Positions 51,701 to 62,068 of a DNA stretch of 64,000 bases are shown here, in pieces; the first letter of the stretch is position 1; the number at the start of each line of letters is the position of its first letter. The stretch lies in contig DATLRN010000043.1 of NCBI GenBank assembly GCA_035534695.1, positions 31-64,030 of the forward strand, given 5' to 3'. The notes beneath the pieces are model-generated. The model saw only the letters and a list, made by a program, of their open reading frames with translations. It did no database searches and was not told the origin of the DNA. The DNA is from Candidatus Dormiibacterota bacterium (lineage in GTDB: Bacteria > Chloroflexota > Dormibacteria > Aeolococcales > Bog-877). The position numbers and the translations under genes were made by a program.

Positions 51701-52854
51701 GCACTGCTCCGGATTCCCTCCCCGCTGCTCCGGTGGTGCGCCCGGCATCCCCATCCCTGCGCTTGGGAGCGGTCGCGGTCGTGGCCGCTGTTGTCGGATT
51801 GGTTGTGGGAGGCGGGGCCGCCTACTTCCTGGTTCGCCACTTCGAGAACTCCTCCCCGGGTCAGGTGGTGATCCGCAACGTGACCACGCAGGGAGGCGGT
51901 GGCAACGCCTCCCTGCCCGCCTTGGTGGCTCACCTGAGCCCGGCTCTGGTCGAGGTGATCCGGGAGCCGGGAACAGCAGGTGGGGCGGTCACCTCGTCTG
52001 ACATCTCGAGTGGCTTTGTAGCCGGCAGTGGAGGGCTGATCGTCACCAGTGAGGGCGCCGTGGCCGGGGCCGCCGGGGTTGAGGTGTCACTGGCCTCGGG
52101 TGTGGTTCTCCCCGCCACCATCGCCGCCGCGGATCCGGATACCGGCATCGTGGTTCTGCAGGTCAGCAGCAATTCCCTGCCCACTCCCCTCAACTTCGCC
52201 TCGTCTCCGCCCGCGACCGGCGATGTGGCCATCGCTGTCTCGGTTCCGCTCGGGGACGGCGCCAGCGTGGACGTGGGGACGGTCAGTGCCATCGGGCTCA
52301 CCGTCTCTGTCCCCGATCTGGCGACGAGCACCGGGTTGGCCCTGGTTGACGGCGTCCTGCGCACCGATACCCCACAGCCGGTGGGAAGCACTGGAGGACC
52401 CTTGGTCGATTCCGCGGGAGACGTTGTCGGGGTGCTCACCGGCGACCGGATGCAACCCGTCGACCAGGGGAGCAGCGCGGCTGCCTCCGGCTTCGCCCTC
52501 GACGCCTCGGCCGCCGATCAGTTGGTCACCTCCCTGAGTTCGACAGGCTCGGTGCCCCACCCCATCGGCCTGGTCAGCCGCTGGCTGGATCCCGCCTCGG
52601 CGTCGGCTTTCGGACTTCCACCTGGGGTGCTCGTCCTGTCCGTCGACCCCGGCTCGGCAGCGGCTGCCGCAGGCATCCAGGTTGGCGACGTGGTGACCTC
52701 GGTCGCCGGTCGCCCGGCCTGGAGCGCCAAGGCGATTGCCTATCCCAGCCTCTCCGACTACCTGGGATCTCAGGGAGTCGGCTCGCAGGTGGCGGTGGTC
52801 GTCTCCCGCGATGGGGTGACGCACCAGCTTTCGCTTACGCTTCCCTCGCCCTAA
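51697..52854 (+). CDS. HtrA-like pseudo-protease with PDZ domain (catalytic His and Ser not conserved), membrane-anchored
   Basis: GTG 51697 overlaps the GNAT stop in GTGA. TM segment LGAVAVVAAVVGLVVGGGAAYFLV. It aligns with the neighbouring HtrA, but IVTNNHV becomes IVTSEGA (Gly codon 52054-52056 at the His position) and GNSGG becomes GSTGG (Thr codon 52390-52392 at the Ser position). Asp is kept (DTGIVVLQV). Confidence 0.75.
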   Translation: MSTAPDSLPAAPVVRPASPSLRLGAVAVVAAVVGLVVGGGAAYFLVRHFENSSPGQVVIRNVTTQGGGGNASLPALVAHLSPALVEVIREPGTAGGAVTSSDISSGFVAGSGGLIVTSEGAVAGAAGVEVSLASGVVLPATIAAADPDTGIVVLQVSSNSLPTPLNFASSPPATGDVAIAVSVPLGDGASVDVGTVSAIGLTVSVPDLATSTGLALVDGVLRTDTPQPVGSTGGPLVDSAGDVVGVLTGDRMQPVDQGSSAAASGFALDASAADQLVTSLSSTGSVPHPIGLVSRWLDPASASAFGLPPGVLVLSVDPGSAAAAAGIQVGDVVTSVAGRPAWSAKAIAYPSLSDYLGSQGVGSQVAVVVSRDGVTHQLSLTLPSP

Positions 52855-52902
52855 CTTGCTTCTGGGCGCGCTCCTGATCGTCGAGTTCTTGTGAGGTAGC
52901 CG

Positions 52903-53493
52903 TTGGAGATCACCTGGCTGGGCGATAACGCCCTTCTGCTCAAGGGTCGCGAGACCAAGGTTCTGCTCGATCCCGCCTACCGGGCAGTCGGCGCCGCCCA
53001 AGGCGCGGCCGAGATCGTGGTCAGCGCTGGAGGGGACAATGTGCTCCGCCCAACTCAGGGTCCCCAGGTGATCGCCCGTCAGGGTGAGTACGAGCTACGC
53101 GGAGTTTCGGTGCGGGGAATTGCCACCTCAACCGGAACGGTGTTCGTCACCGAGGTCGACGAGGTCTCCGTTTGTGACTTTGGCGAGCTTCCGGGCCCCC
53201 TCAATGTCGAGGCGCTCGACGCGATCGGCACCATCGACGTGCTGGCCGTCTCCCTGAACCAGGGCTCGGCGGCCCGTGCCGTAGAGGTCGCTGCCTTGGT
53301 CTCGCAACTACAGCCGTCGGTGCTGATCCCAGTCGGTTTCCAGGCCAGTGGCGACGAGTCGCTGGGACAGCTCGGCGACTTCGCCAAGGAGATGGGTCTG
53401 GCCCAGGTGAGTCCTCAGGCCAAGCTCACCCTGGCCGGTTCGCCCGGGATCAGCGATGAGACTCGGGTTGTGGTCTTGGAGACCCGCCACTGA
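52903..53493 (+). CDS. MBL-fold (metallo-beta-lactamase-like) protein, UPF0173-like
   Basis: MEITWLGDNALLLKGRETKVLLDP... matches the N-terminal pattern of small MBL-fold hydrolases. It has a TTG start. Confidence 0.55.
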   Translation: MEITWLGDNALLLKGRETKVLLDPAYRAVGAAQGAAEIVVSAGGDNVLRPTQGPQVIARQGEYELRGVSVRGIATSTGTVFVTEVDEVSVCDFGELPGPLNVEALDAIGTIDVLAVSLNQGSAARAVEVAALVSQLQPSVLIPVGFQASGDESLGQLGDFAKEMGLAQVSPQAKLTLAGSPGISDETRVVVLETRH

Positions 53494-53526
53494 CGATTGC
53501 GTGTTAGGATTCGGCTACATGGGTGA

Positions 53527-55203
<1,677 letters not shown>

Positions 55204-55227
55204 GCTATCTGTCCGTCCGACCTGCGC

Positions 55228-55458
55228 TCAGGTCTCTTGTAAGGCTCTTCTGACGGCTTCCTTATCCGCGAGGTCTACTTGGAATCCCAGGTCGTCGGCA
55301 TTCCAGCGAAGCGGCTTGGCGGAGGCGCCCGAAGGACCGGCGAGGCCGTTTGCCAGCAATTCAGAAGCCAACTCGCCAAGGCTTTTGCCCTGGCTCCGAC
55401 ACTGGAGCTTCAACTCGTCCAAAACGTCCGCCGCCAGGTTCAAGGTAGTTCTGGTCAC
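55228..55458 (-). CDS. Type II antitoxin-like protein (VapB/RHH-like), no adjacent toxin gene
   Basis: MTRTTLNLAADVLDELKLQCRSQGKSLGELASELL... has the standard MxxTTLxLDDDLLxxxK antitoxin start. Only 24 bp separate its stop from pyrG, so no toxin ORF fits downstream. Confidence 0.6.
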   Translation of the reverse strand: MTRTTLNLAADVLDELKLQCRSQGKSLGELASELLANGLAGPSGASAKPLRWNADDLGFQVDLADKEAVRRALQET

Positions 55459-55749
55459 GCAGCAGAAGCTACACAGGTGCGGATCAGGTGTCCAGTCGGG
55501 AGGAGACGTTGACGTTCCGCGAACGCGGTCGGCACAGGTCGCTGCAGGGCAATCCTTACCTCCCGCCTATCATCCATGGGTGAGGGAAACACCTCTGCGC
55601 ATAGCCGTACCCGAAGTAGAGTCCCCGGACTGGACCCGGGCTGGGTTCATCCGGGCTCGAAACGCGTTGCTGGTTCCGGTCAAAGAGACAGGAGTGGTCT
55701 ATCGCACGGGGATCGTCGTCCCCACGCTGGACCACTGCCCCCGCGCCGC

Positions 55750-57048
55750 GTGACAAATCGACTCAGACCCTTACTGAGTAACGAGCAGGGCGAACTGCGA
55801 GTCGCCTCCTCGGGGTGGGAGGGGCTCGGGCAGAGCGGCTGGCAGGATAAGCCGATCTCCAGCTGGGTACCACTGCCCGCAAAGGCGACGCTGATGCACC
55901 TACCCCAGCGAGGAGCTCTCGGCAAGAGGCGGGGATCTGGGCAAGTCGCGGCCATCGGCGCTGGGGCTCTCGCCGTGGCGGCCGTGCTGCCGGTGGGTTA
56001 TCTAAGGCTTCTCTTCCCCGCCTATCGTCCGCTCGGCGAGTTGCCGCCGCCGACCCTCCCGCTCTACGGCTACGCCGCGGTCGCTGATCTCGACGGCGAG
56101 GTGGTGGTAGCGGCTTCTCGGAGCGACGAATTCTCACCTTGGACAGGGCACCGCCCCTCCCACGCCCGGCTCACCGCCGCCGTCGAGCGCGCTCAGCGCC
56201 TGATGCCCCGCAGCCGGGTCATTGCCCAGCTAACGGTCTGCGCCCTTCAGCACAACTGCCTGACCGCCCAGAACACCTTCCTGCGTTGCTACGAGGGAGC
56301 TCTGCCGACGTCGGCCGCGTGTAATGCCGACTGCCTTGGCTGCATCTCGCTGCAATCCGATTCGGGAGCGCCTACCCCGCAGCCCCGCATGTCCAGGGCG
56401 CCCAGCGCCGACGACCTCGTCGAAGTAGGCAGCTACCACCTGGCCGGGGCGCAAGAGCGGGGAGAGCCCGGCATGGTCAGCTTCGGCCAAGGTTGCGAGG
56501 GCGAGCCGCTGCTGCGCGAGAGGGCGCTCCGTCCGGTGGCGCGTGAGCTTCAGGGCAGGTTTCCCGCGGCCACAATCCATGTGAACACCAACGCCAGCCG
56601 TCCCGGTGCATTGGAGCGCTTGATCCGCGCCGGTGTCAACAGTGTCCGGATCAGCGTCTTCAGCTTTCGCCAGGATCTTTTCGCGACCTACTATCGACCG
56701 CGTGGCTACTCTATCGGCGAGGTACTGGAATGTGCCCGGATTGCGCGTCGCCTGGGTGCCCAGCTGACTATAAATTTGCTCACTTTTCCTGGGGTTTCTG
56801 ATACTCCTGCGGAGATCACTCGAACGGTGCGCACCCTGCGCGAGCTGGCCGTCGAACAGGTCCAGCTACGCAGTCTCAACGCCGACCCTTTGTGGCTGAT
56901 GGGTCGCTTGCCAAAGCTCGAGCCGGGCCAGGGTTTGGAGTTCCTGGTCGAAACGCTGCGCGGCGAACTGCCCTCGGTGAGGTTGGGAAACTTTACCCGG
57001 CCGTTGCCTGGACCGAGGGATACGCCAGCATTGCTGGCAACCAGCTGA
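55750..57048 (+). CDS. Radical SAM protein with a ~195-aa non-rSAM N-terminal region
   Basis: CNADCLGC (CxxxCxxC), GQGCEGEPLL, and TIM-barrel-like repeats (NTNAS..., VRISVFS). There is no C-terminal Cys cluster, so no SPASM domain. The start is placed at GTG 55750 and is uncertain; the ORF is open from 55576. Confidence 0.75.
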   Translation: MTNRLRPLLSNEQGELRVASSGWEGLGQSGWQDKPISSWVPLPAKATLMHLPQRGALGKRRGSGQVAAIGAGALAVAAVLPVGYLRLLFPAYRPLGELPPPTLPLYGYAAVADLDGEVVVAASRSDEFSPWTGHRPSHARLTAAVERAQRLMPRSRVIAQLTVCALQHNCLTAQNTFLRCYEGALPTSAACNADCLGCISLQSDSGAPTPQPRMSRAPSADDLVEVGSYHLAGAQERGEPGMVSFGQGCEGEPLLRERALRPVARELQGRFPAATIHVNTNASRPGALERLIRAGVNSVRISVFSFRQDLFATYYRPRGYSIGEVLECARIARRLGAQLTINLLTFPGVSDTPAEITRTVRTLRELAVEQVQLRSLNADPLWLMGRLPKLEPGQGLEFLVETLRGELPSVRLGNFTRPLPGPRDTPALLATS

Positions 57049-57150
57049 TCAGCATCCTAGCGTCGCGAACTCTTGGAATGGGCTCGGCCGTCCCCGCCAC
57101 AGTGTGCGGAGCAAGGTTTAGCGTAGTTCAACCTCGCCTATGATCGATCC

Positions 57151-58128
57151 ATGAGTTCGCCTCCCGAGGGTCGGGACGGCATCGGGTGGGTGGGAACAGC
57201 GCCTCCGGCTGTTCCCACCCAGCGGCCAGCCGGGCCAGGTCCCGTCGACCCAGGCGACCCGCACTTCTTATCCGCAAGCCCGGGGTCTTGGGGCAGCGGC
57301 TATTCGCCTTCGCCGGCAGGACCAGCCAAGCCGGGGCGCCGACGGGGGATCATCGGCACCATCCTGGCCGGCGGATACGCGGTGCTCAAGTGGGGCGTCC
57401 TGCTCCTCAAGCTGGGGGCGTTCAAGGGAACGCTGATCACCATGCTGATCAGCGTTGTCGTCTATTCCCTGTTCTTCGGCCCCATCTTTGCGATCGGTTT
57501 CGTGCTGCTCTTGCTGGTCCACGAGATGGGCCACTATCTGATGGCCCGGCGCCTGGGGCAGTCCGTCTCTGCGCCTGTCTTCATCCCCTTCCTGGGGGCG
57601 CTGATCAACATGCGCCGGCAGCCCGCCTCGGTCCAGCAGGAGGCAACCATGGCGCTGGCGGGGCCGACGGTTGGCACCGCCGCCTCCTGGCTCAGCCTGC
57701 TCATCGGCGCGAGCCTCCATTCCGAGTTCTGGGCGGCGCTCGGCTACCTCGGCTGCTTGCTCAACCTCTTCAACCTGATCCCGGCCACTCCTCTGGACGG
57801 AGGCCGGGTCACCGCAGCAATCTCCAAGTGGGCCAACCTGGTCGGCCTGGGCATCCTGGTCCTCTACGCGCTCTGGGCCTTCACTTCGGGAACGGCGGTG
57901 AGCCCGGTGATCGCGATCATCGTCTTGTTCGCCATCTTCGGGACCGTCTCGCGGTTCCGCCAGGCCAAGCGTATGCCCGAGTACCTCGCCGTCCCCGCCC
58001 GCGAGCGCTGGCTATTTCTGGGCTGTTACCTGGCCATCGTCCTCATCGCCGGTCTGGGAGTGGTCAAGGGCTACCCCTACCTCCATTACGTGCACACCGT
58101 GCATATCCATCTGCCGTTTAGCTTCTGA
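57151..58128 (+). CDS. Site-2 protease family (M50) membrane metalloprotease
   Basis: LLLVHEMGHYLMARRLG (HExxH) and NLFNLIPATPLDGGRV (NxxPxxxLDG). Confidence 0.85.
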   Translation: MSSPPEGRDGIGWVGTAPPAVPTQRPAGPGPVDPGDPHFLSASPGSWGSGYSPSPAGPAKPGRRRGIIGTILAGGYAVLKWGVLLLKLGAFKGTLITMLISVVVYSLFFGPIFAIGFVLLLLVHEMGHYLMARRLGQSVSAPVFIPFLGALINMRRQPASVQQEATMALAGPTVGTAASWLSLLIGASLHSEFWAALGYLGCLLNLFNLIPATPLDGGRVTAAISKWANLVGLGILVLYALWAFTSGTAVSPVIAIIVLFAIFGTVSRFRQAKRMPEYLAVPARERWLFLGCYLAIVLIAGLGVVKGYPYLHYVHTVHIHLPFSF

Positions 58129-58156
58129 CGGTGCCTGGTAGACTCAAGTCGTAGTC

Positions 58157-58366
58157 ATGCAAGCAATTCATCCCGAGTACTTCCACGACACAGCGGTGAG
58201 CTGTTCCTGTGGGAACACGTTCACCACCGGTTCCACTCAGCAGACACTGCACACCGAGGTCTGCAGCGTCTGCCACCCCTTCTTCACGGGGCAGCAGCGG
58301 ATCGTGGACACCGGTGGCCAGGTCGAGCGCTTCCGCCGCCGCGCCCAGCTCGCCCAGCAGCAGTAG
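58157..58366 (+). CDS. rpmE: 50S ribosomal protein L31 (Zn-ribbon, type A)
   Basis: [27 protein letters not shown]...[26 protein letters not shown]. Confidence 0.95.
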   Translation: MQAIHPEYFHDTAVSCSCGNTFTTGSTQQTLHTEVCSVCHPFFTGQQRIVDTGGQVERFRRRAQLAQQQ

Positions 58367-58518
58367 CTCGACCCGCGGCTCAAGTCGCCCGGTCGGCGCC
58401 CCGGCAACGTCTGCGCCGCGATGCTCCCTGGAACCCGTATGAGCGTTCCGCATTCGATAAGGTGACGCGCGTGTCCGAGCCTCATCACGTAGATCTAGCC
58501 CACTGCTGCGGCTCATCC

Positions 58519-58558
58519 ATGGCGCCAGCATCCGCGAGGCGCGCCTGATGCTGGCGCC
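58519..58558 (+). promoter_or_regulatory. 9-codon uORF (58519-58548, stop TGA) plus a 12-bp hairpin enclosing the prfA start codon
   Basis: The uORF is atg gcg cca gca tcc gcg agg cgc gcc tga, and its TGA overlaps the prfA ATG in TGATG. ggcgccagcatc (58521-58532) is the perfect complement of gatgctggcgcc (58547-58558). Confidence 0.5.
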
Positions 58559-59630
58559 GGGTTTGGAGGCCAGGCTGGAGGCGGTGCGGGAGCGATCAGA
58601 GGCCATCGCGGCGGAACTGCAGAACCCCGAGGTAAGTCGTGACCCGGGCCAGCTCGAGAGGCTAGGCAAAGAACAAGCAGAGCTCCGCCCCGTGGTGGAG
58701 GCCCTGGCCACCCTGCGCCAGGCTCAGGAGGCTGAAGCGGAGGCGCGAAAGCTGGCCGGCAGTGAGTCTGACCCTGAGATGCGCTCGTTCCTTGAGGCAG
58801 AGGCGCGAAGCGAGCAAGAGAGAGCAAATCAACGTTTGGCTGCCCTCAAGGTCTTGCTCCTACCCAGAGACCCCGACGATGCGCGCGATGCCGTGGTCGA
58901 GATCCGTTCCGGCACGGGGGGCGACGAGGCTGCTCTCTTCGCCGCCGACCTGATGCGCATGTACCTGCGCTTCGCCGAGAGGCGGCATTGGCGGACCGAG
59001 CTTCTCGACAGTTCCGCCACCGAGGGCGGGGGGTTCAAGGAAGTGTCCTTCGAGGTCCATGGAAAAGGGGCCTACGGAACCCTCAAGTTCGAGAGCGGAG
59101 TGCATCGGGTGCAGAGGGTCCCCAAGACCGAGTCTCAGGGTCGCATCCACACCTCGGCGGCGAGCGTGGTGGTCCTCCCCGAGGCGGACGATCTCGATGT
59201 CGAGATCAACGACGAGGATCTCCGCATCGACGTCTTTCGCTCCACCGGGCCGGGCGGCCAGAGTGTCAACACCACCGACTCGGCGGTACGGATAACCCAC
59301 CTGCCCACGGGTCTGGTGGTGACCTGCCAAGACGAGAAGTCACAACACAAGAACCGGGCCAAGGCCCTGCGGGTGCTCCGCTCGCGCCTCTATGACCTCC
59401 GGCAAGGTGAGCGCGATGCCGAACTTCAGGAGACCAGACGGAGCATGGTCGGGCATGGCGACCGCAGTGAGAAGGTTCGCACCTACAACTTTGCCGAGGC
59501 TCGGGTGACCGACCATCGCATCGACCTCAAGATCTACCAGCTACCTCGGGTCTTGGAGGGTGAACTGGAGCTGCTGGTCGCGCCTCTCCAGGCGGCCGAG
59601 CAGGCTCGTCGCCTGGCCGGGGAGGAGTGA
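58548..59630 (+). CDS. prfA: Peptide chain release factor 1
   Basis: GGQSVNTTDSAVRITHLPTG (GGQ) and RVQRVPKTESQGRIHTS (PxT tripeptide, RF1 type). Confidence 0.95.
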   Translation: MLAPGLEARLEAVRERSEAIAAELQNPEVSRDPGQLERLGKEQAELRPVVEALATLRQAQEAEAEARKLAGSESDPEMRSFLEAEARSEQERANQRLAALKVLLLPRDPDDARDAVVEIRSGTGGDEAALFAADLMRMYLRFAERRHWRTELLDSSATEGGGFKEVSFEVHGKGAYGTLKFESGVHRVQRVPKTESQGRIHTSAASVVVLPEADDLDVEINDEDLRIDVFRSTGPGGQSVNTTDSAVRITHLPTGLVVTCQDEKSQHKNRAKALRVLRSRLYDLRQGERDAELQETRRSMVGHGDRSEKVRTYNFAEARVTDHRIDLKIYQLPRVLEGELELLVAPLQAAEQARRLAGEE

Positions 59631-59715
59631 GAGCCGGCCCCTCGATAGAGGGCGGACTGCTCACCGCCCGCCCGAGTGTCGTCGGCCCTGGGCCGGACCG
59701 TGAGCCGTCGGAAGC

Positions 59716-60720
59716 CTAGGCGCCCTCCGGGTGCACCACTCCAGGTTCGACCGGCGGGCTTGGGGAAGTGGCCGCGGTGCCGGAGTGACTGCGCCGCCCC
59801 CGTCCGCCTCGTCTCCGGCGCCGGCCCGCCCGCTCGGTGCCGGCCTCAAGGCTGTTTGGGGCGTTCGGCGTCGGGCCAGACGCCGCCGCCGCCGGAGTCA
59901 GAGGCCGGCGTATCCGGGGTTTGGGCAAGATCCGAGGTGGTGGTGGCGTTCCCACCGAGATCAGGTCACCGAGGGTTTTCCAGCCGAACTCCTCCTGGCC
60001 CAGTCGTACCAAGCGGACGAAGCAATCGGCGGTGGCCTCGGCGTCGGCCAGGGCGTAGTGGGGCTGGCGGTGGGTCACCTCGAGGCGCTCGCAGAGTCGC
60101 TCCAACCCGATCGTGTCCTTGAGTTGGAAGAGGAACCCAGCCACTCGAGAGGTGTCGAGGTGGTGATTGTCGAGGGGACGTCCGAGCGCCTTGGCGACTA
60201 GTCGGGTGTCGAAGCCGTCCGCCGAGTGCTCAATCAGGACCGAACCCTGAGCCAGGTCGGCGAAGGCAGCCGCCACCTGGTGCAGAGTCGGCGCACCGCC
60301 CAACATCGAGCTGTTGATGCCGTGCACGCGGCGGGCGTAAGGGTTGATGTGGTCGGCGGTGTGCACCAGGCTTTCCAGGGAGATCCGTGGCTCTGGCGGC
60401 CGGTCGTCGGCGCCGAGAAAGAAGCGGACAGCTCCCAGCTCGACCATGCGGTGGGGGAAGTGTCCGGTTGTCTCGCAATCCAGAGCGACGAAACTGAAGT
60501 CCGCGAGTTGGGTGTCCTCGGCGGGTGGGCTCTGACCGACCGGTGCTAGGGCAGCAGGGTTGTGGAAAGGCGCGCTCTCAGGCGAGGCCGGTCCCAGTCG
60601 GGGTATGAGGTGTTCACCAGGTCCCGAAAAGCCGCGTTGACGCCCACGTCTTTGGCGCGGAGGGGAAGATGGCGCTGGGACGGGCACGTCGTTGCCGAGT
60701 TCCGGAAGTGGACGGTCCAC
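59716..60720 (-). CDS. DEDDh 3'-5' exonuclease (DnaQ/epsilon-like) with Pro/Arg-rich N- and C-terminal extensions
   Basis: FVALDCETTG (ExoI), IEHSADGFD (ExoII-like), HYALADAEATA (ExoIII, H-x4-D). The tail is ...GRRRRRGGRGRRS.... Confidence 0.8.
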   Translation of the reverse strand: MDRPLPELGNDVPVPAPSSPPRQRRGRQRGFSGPGEHLIPRLGPASPESAPFHNPAALAPVGQSPPAEDTQLADFSFVALDCETTGHFPHRMVELGAVRFFLGADDRPPEPRISLESLVHTADHINPYARRVHGINSSMLGGAPTLHQVAAAFADLAQGSVLIEHSADGFDTRLVAKALGRPLDNHHLDTSRVAGFLFQLKDTIGLERLCERLEVTHRQPHYALADAEATADCFVRLVRLGQEEFGWKTLGDLISVGTPPPPRILPKPRIRRPLTPAAAASGPTPNAPNSLEAGTERAGRRRRRGGRGRRSHSGTAATSPSPPVEPGVVHPEGA

Positions 60721-60808
60721 GCCCCCATCCTATAGGGGTACCTGCTCCAGGGCCGGTCCGCCTTCCCGATCGGGGGCTCAAGCTGCCGAGGATATACTCG
60801 GATCTAAT

Positions 60809-62068
60809 TTGCCCTTTCTCGCCACCGGGCTCAGCCACCATCTGGCACCCCTTCCGGTCCGCGAGCGGCTCCATCTCGACGAGTCTCAGATCGTGGAGTC
60901 GCTGCGGGCGCTGGTTGGCCATGCCGGTTTAACGGGCGCAGTGTGCCTCAGCACCTGCAACCGCACAGAGTTCTACATCACCACCCGGGATGACCGCCAA
61001 AGCGAGCAGGCGACCTCCCGCTTCTTCCACTACATCTCCCCGGCCCCGACAACTGAGCTGGTCTACAGCCACCCCGGTCGAGTCGGTCTGCGGCACACCT
61101 TCCGGGTCGCCAGCGGGCTCGACAGCGTGGTGTTGGGGGAGGCGCAGGTGCTGGCCCAGTTCAAGCGCGCCCACCGGCTGGCTCAGCAGGCAGGGACCAT
61201 CGACGCCGAGTTGGATCTGGTCATGCGCCGGGCGGTCGAGACCGCCAAGCGGGTCCGCACCTCGACAGGCATCTCCCGTCAAGCGGTGGGATACGGGCAG
61301 GCGGCACTGGTGGTTGCCAAGGAGCGTCTCGGTGATCTTGAAGGGGTGGGAGCGGTGATCGTGGGCGCCGGCAGCGTGGGCAGTGCTACCGCCAGGTTGC
61401 TAAAGCGCGCCGGGGCGGCGCCGCTGTACGTGGCCCGTCGGGGCCACAAGGCGGAGATGCTAGCCCAGGCCATAGGCGCGGAACTCATCGATCTCGACCA
61501 GCTACCGGGGCTCGCGCCCAGGCTGCAAATGGTCGTGTCCAGTACCAGCAGCGAGGAGCGCGTCCTCAGCCGCAAGTTGATCAAGGCGGTACGGCTGGCT
61601 CAGAACCCCGACGATCGACTCCTAATACTCGACCTTGCGGTTCCTCGGGATGTCGAACCGGCCACCGACCAGGTGGACGGGGTTACCCTGCTCGACCTGG
61701 ACAGGCTCGGCGAGGTGATCCAGCACAGCCTGAGCCAGCGCGAGCGGCACCGCCCGGCCGCTGAGGCTGTGGTCGAGGAGGCGGTGGATGAGCTCGAGCG
61801 GGAACTGGGGCGGCGGGCGGCGGTGCCCCTCATCACCGCTCTGGTTGACCGCGCTGAGCTGGTGCGTCAAGGCGAGCTGGCCCGCACCCTCTCGAGGATG
61901 AGGCCGCTCAGCGAGGAGGAGCGAGCCCACCTGGACCGTCTGACTCAGGCCATCGCCGCCAAGCTCCTGCATCACCCGATCGCGTTCCTGCGCCAACACG
62001 CCGAGGACCCCGAGCGCAGACAGCTTCTGGAGGAGGCCTTCGGCCTGGAGGGAGCGGGGGAGGAGTGA
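60809..62068 (+). CDS. hemA: Glutamyl-tRNA reductase
   Basis: LATGLSHHLAPLPVRERL...CLSTCNRTEFY (active-site Cys)...GAGSVG. The start is placed at TTG 60809; the longer ORF from 60692 overlaps the divergent exonuclease gene. Confidence 0.9.
   Translation: MPFLATGLSHHLAPLPVRERLHLDESQIVESLRALVGHAGLTGAVCLSTCNRTEFYITTRDDRQSEQATSRFFHYISPAPTTELVYSHPGRVGLRHTFRVASGLDSVVLGEAQVLAQFKRAHRLAQQAGTIDAELDLVMRRAVETAKRVRTSTGISRQAVGYGQAALVVAKERLGDLEGVGAVIVGAGSVGSATARLLKRAGAAPLYVARRGHKAEMLAQAIGAELIDLDQLPGLAPRLQMVVSSTSSEERVLSRKLIKAVRLAQNPDDRLLILDLAVPRDVEPATDQVDGVTLLDLDRLGEVIQHSLSQRERHRPAAEAVVEEAVDELERELGRRAAVPLITALVDRAELVRQGELARTLSRMRPLSEEERAHLDRLTQAIAAKLLHHPIAFLRQHAEDPERRQLLEEAFGLEGAGEE

Noticed and set aside
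57186-58121. 311-aa alternative-frame ORF on the plus strand
   Set aside because: It lies on the same strand as the M50 protease gene but out of frame with it. Its product is extremely Arg/Pro/Gly-rich, while the M50 frame carries the HExxH and NxxPxxxLDG motifs.
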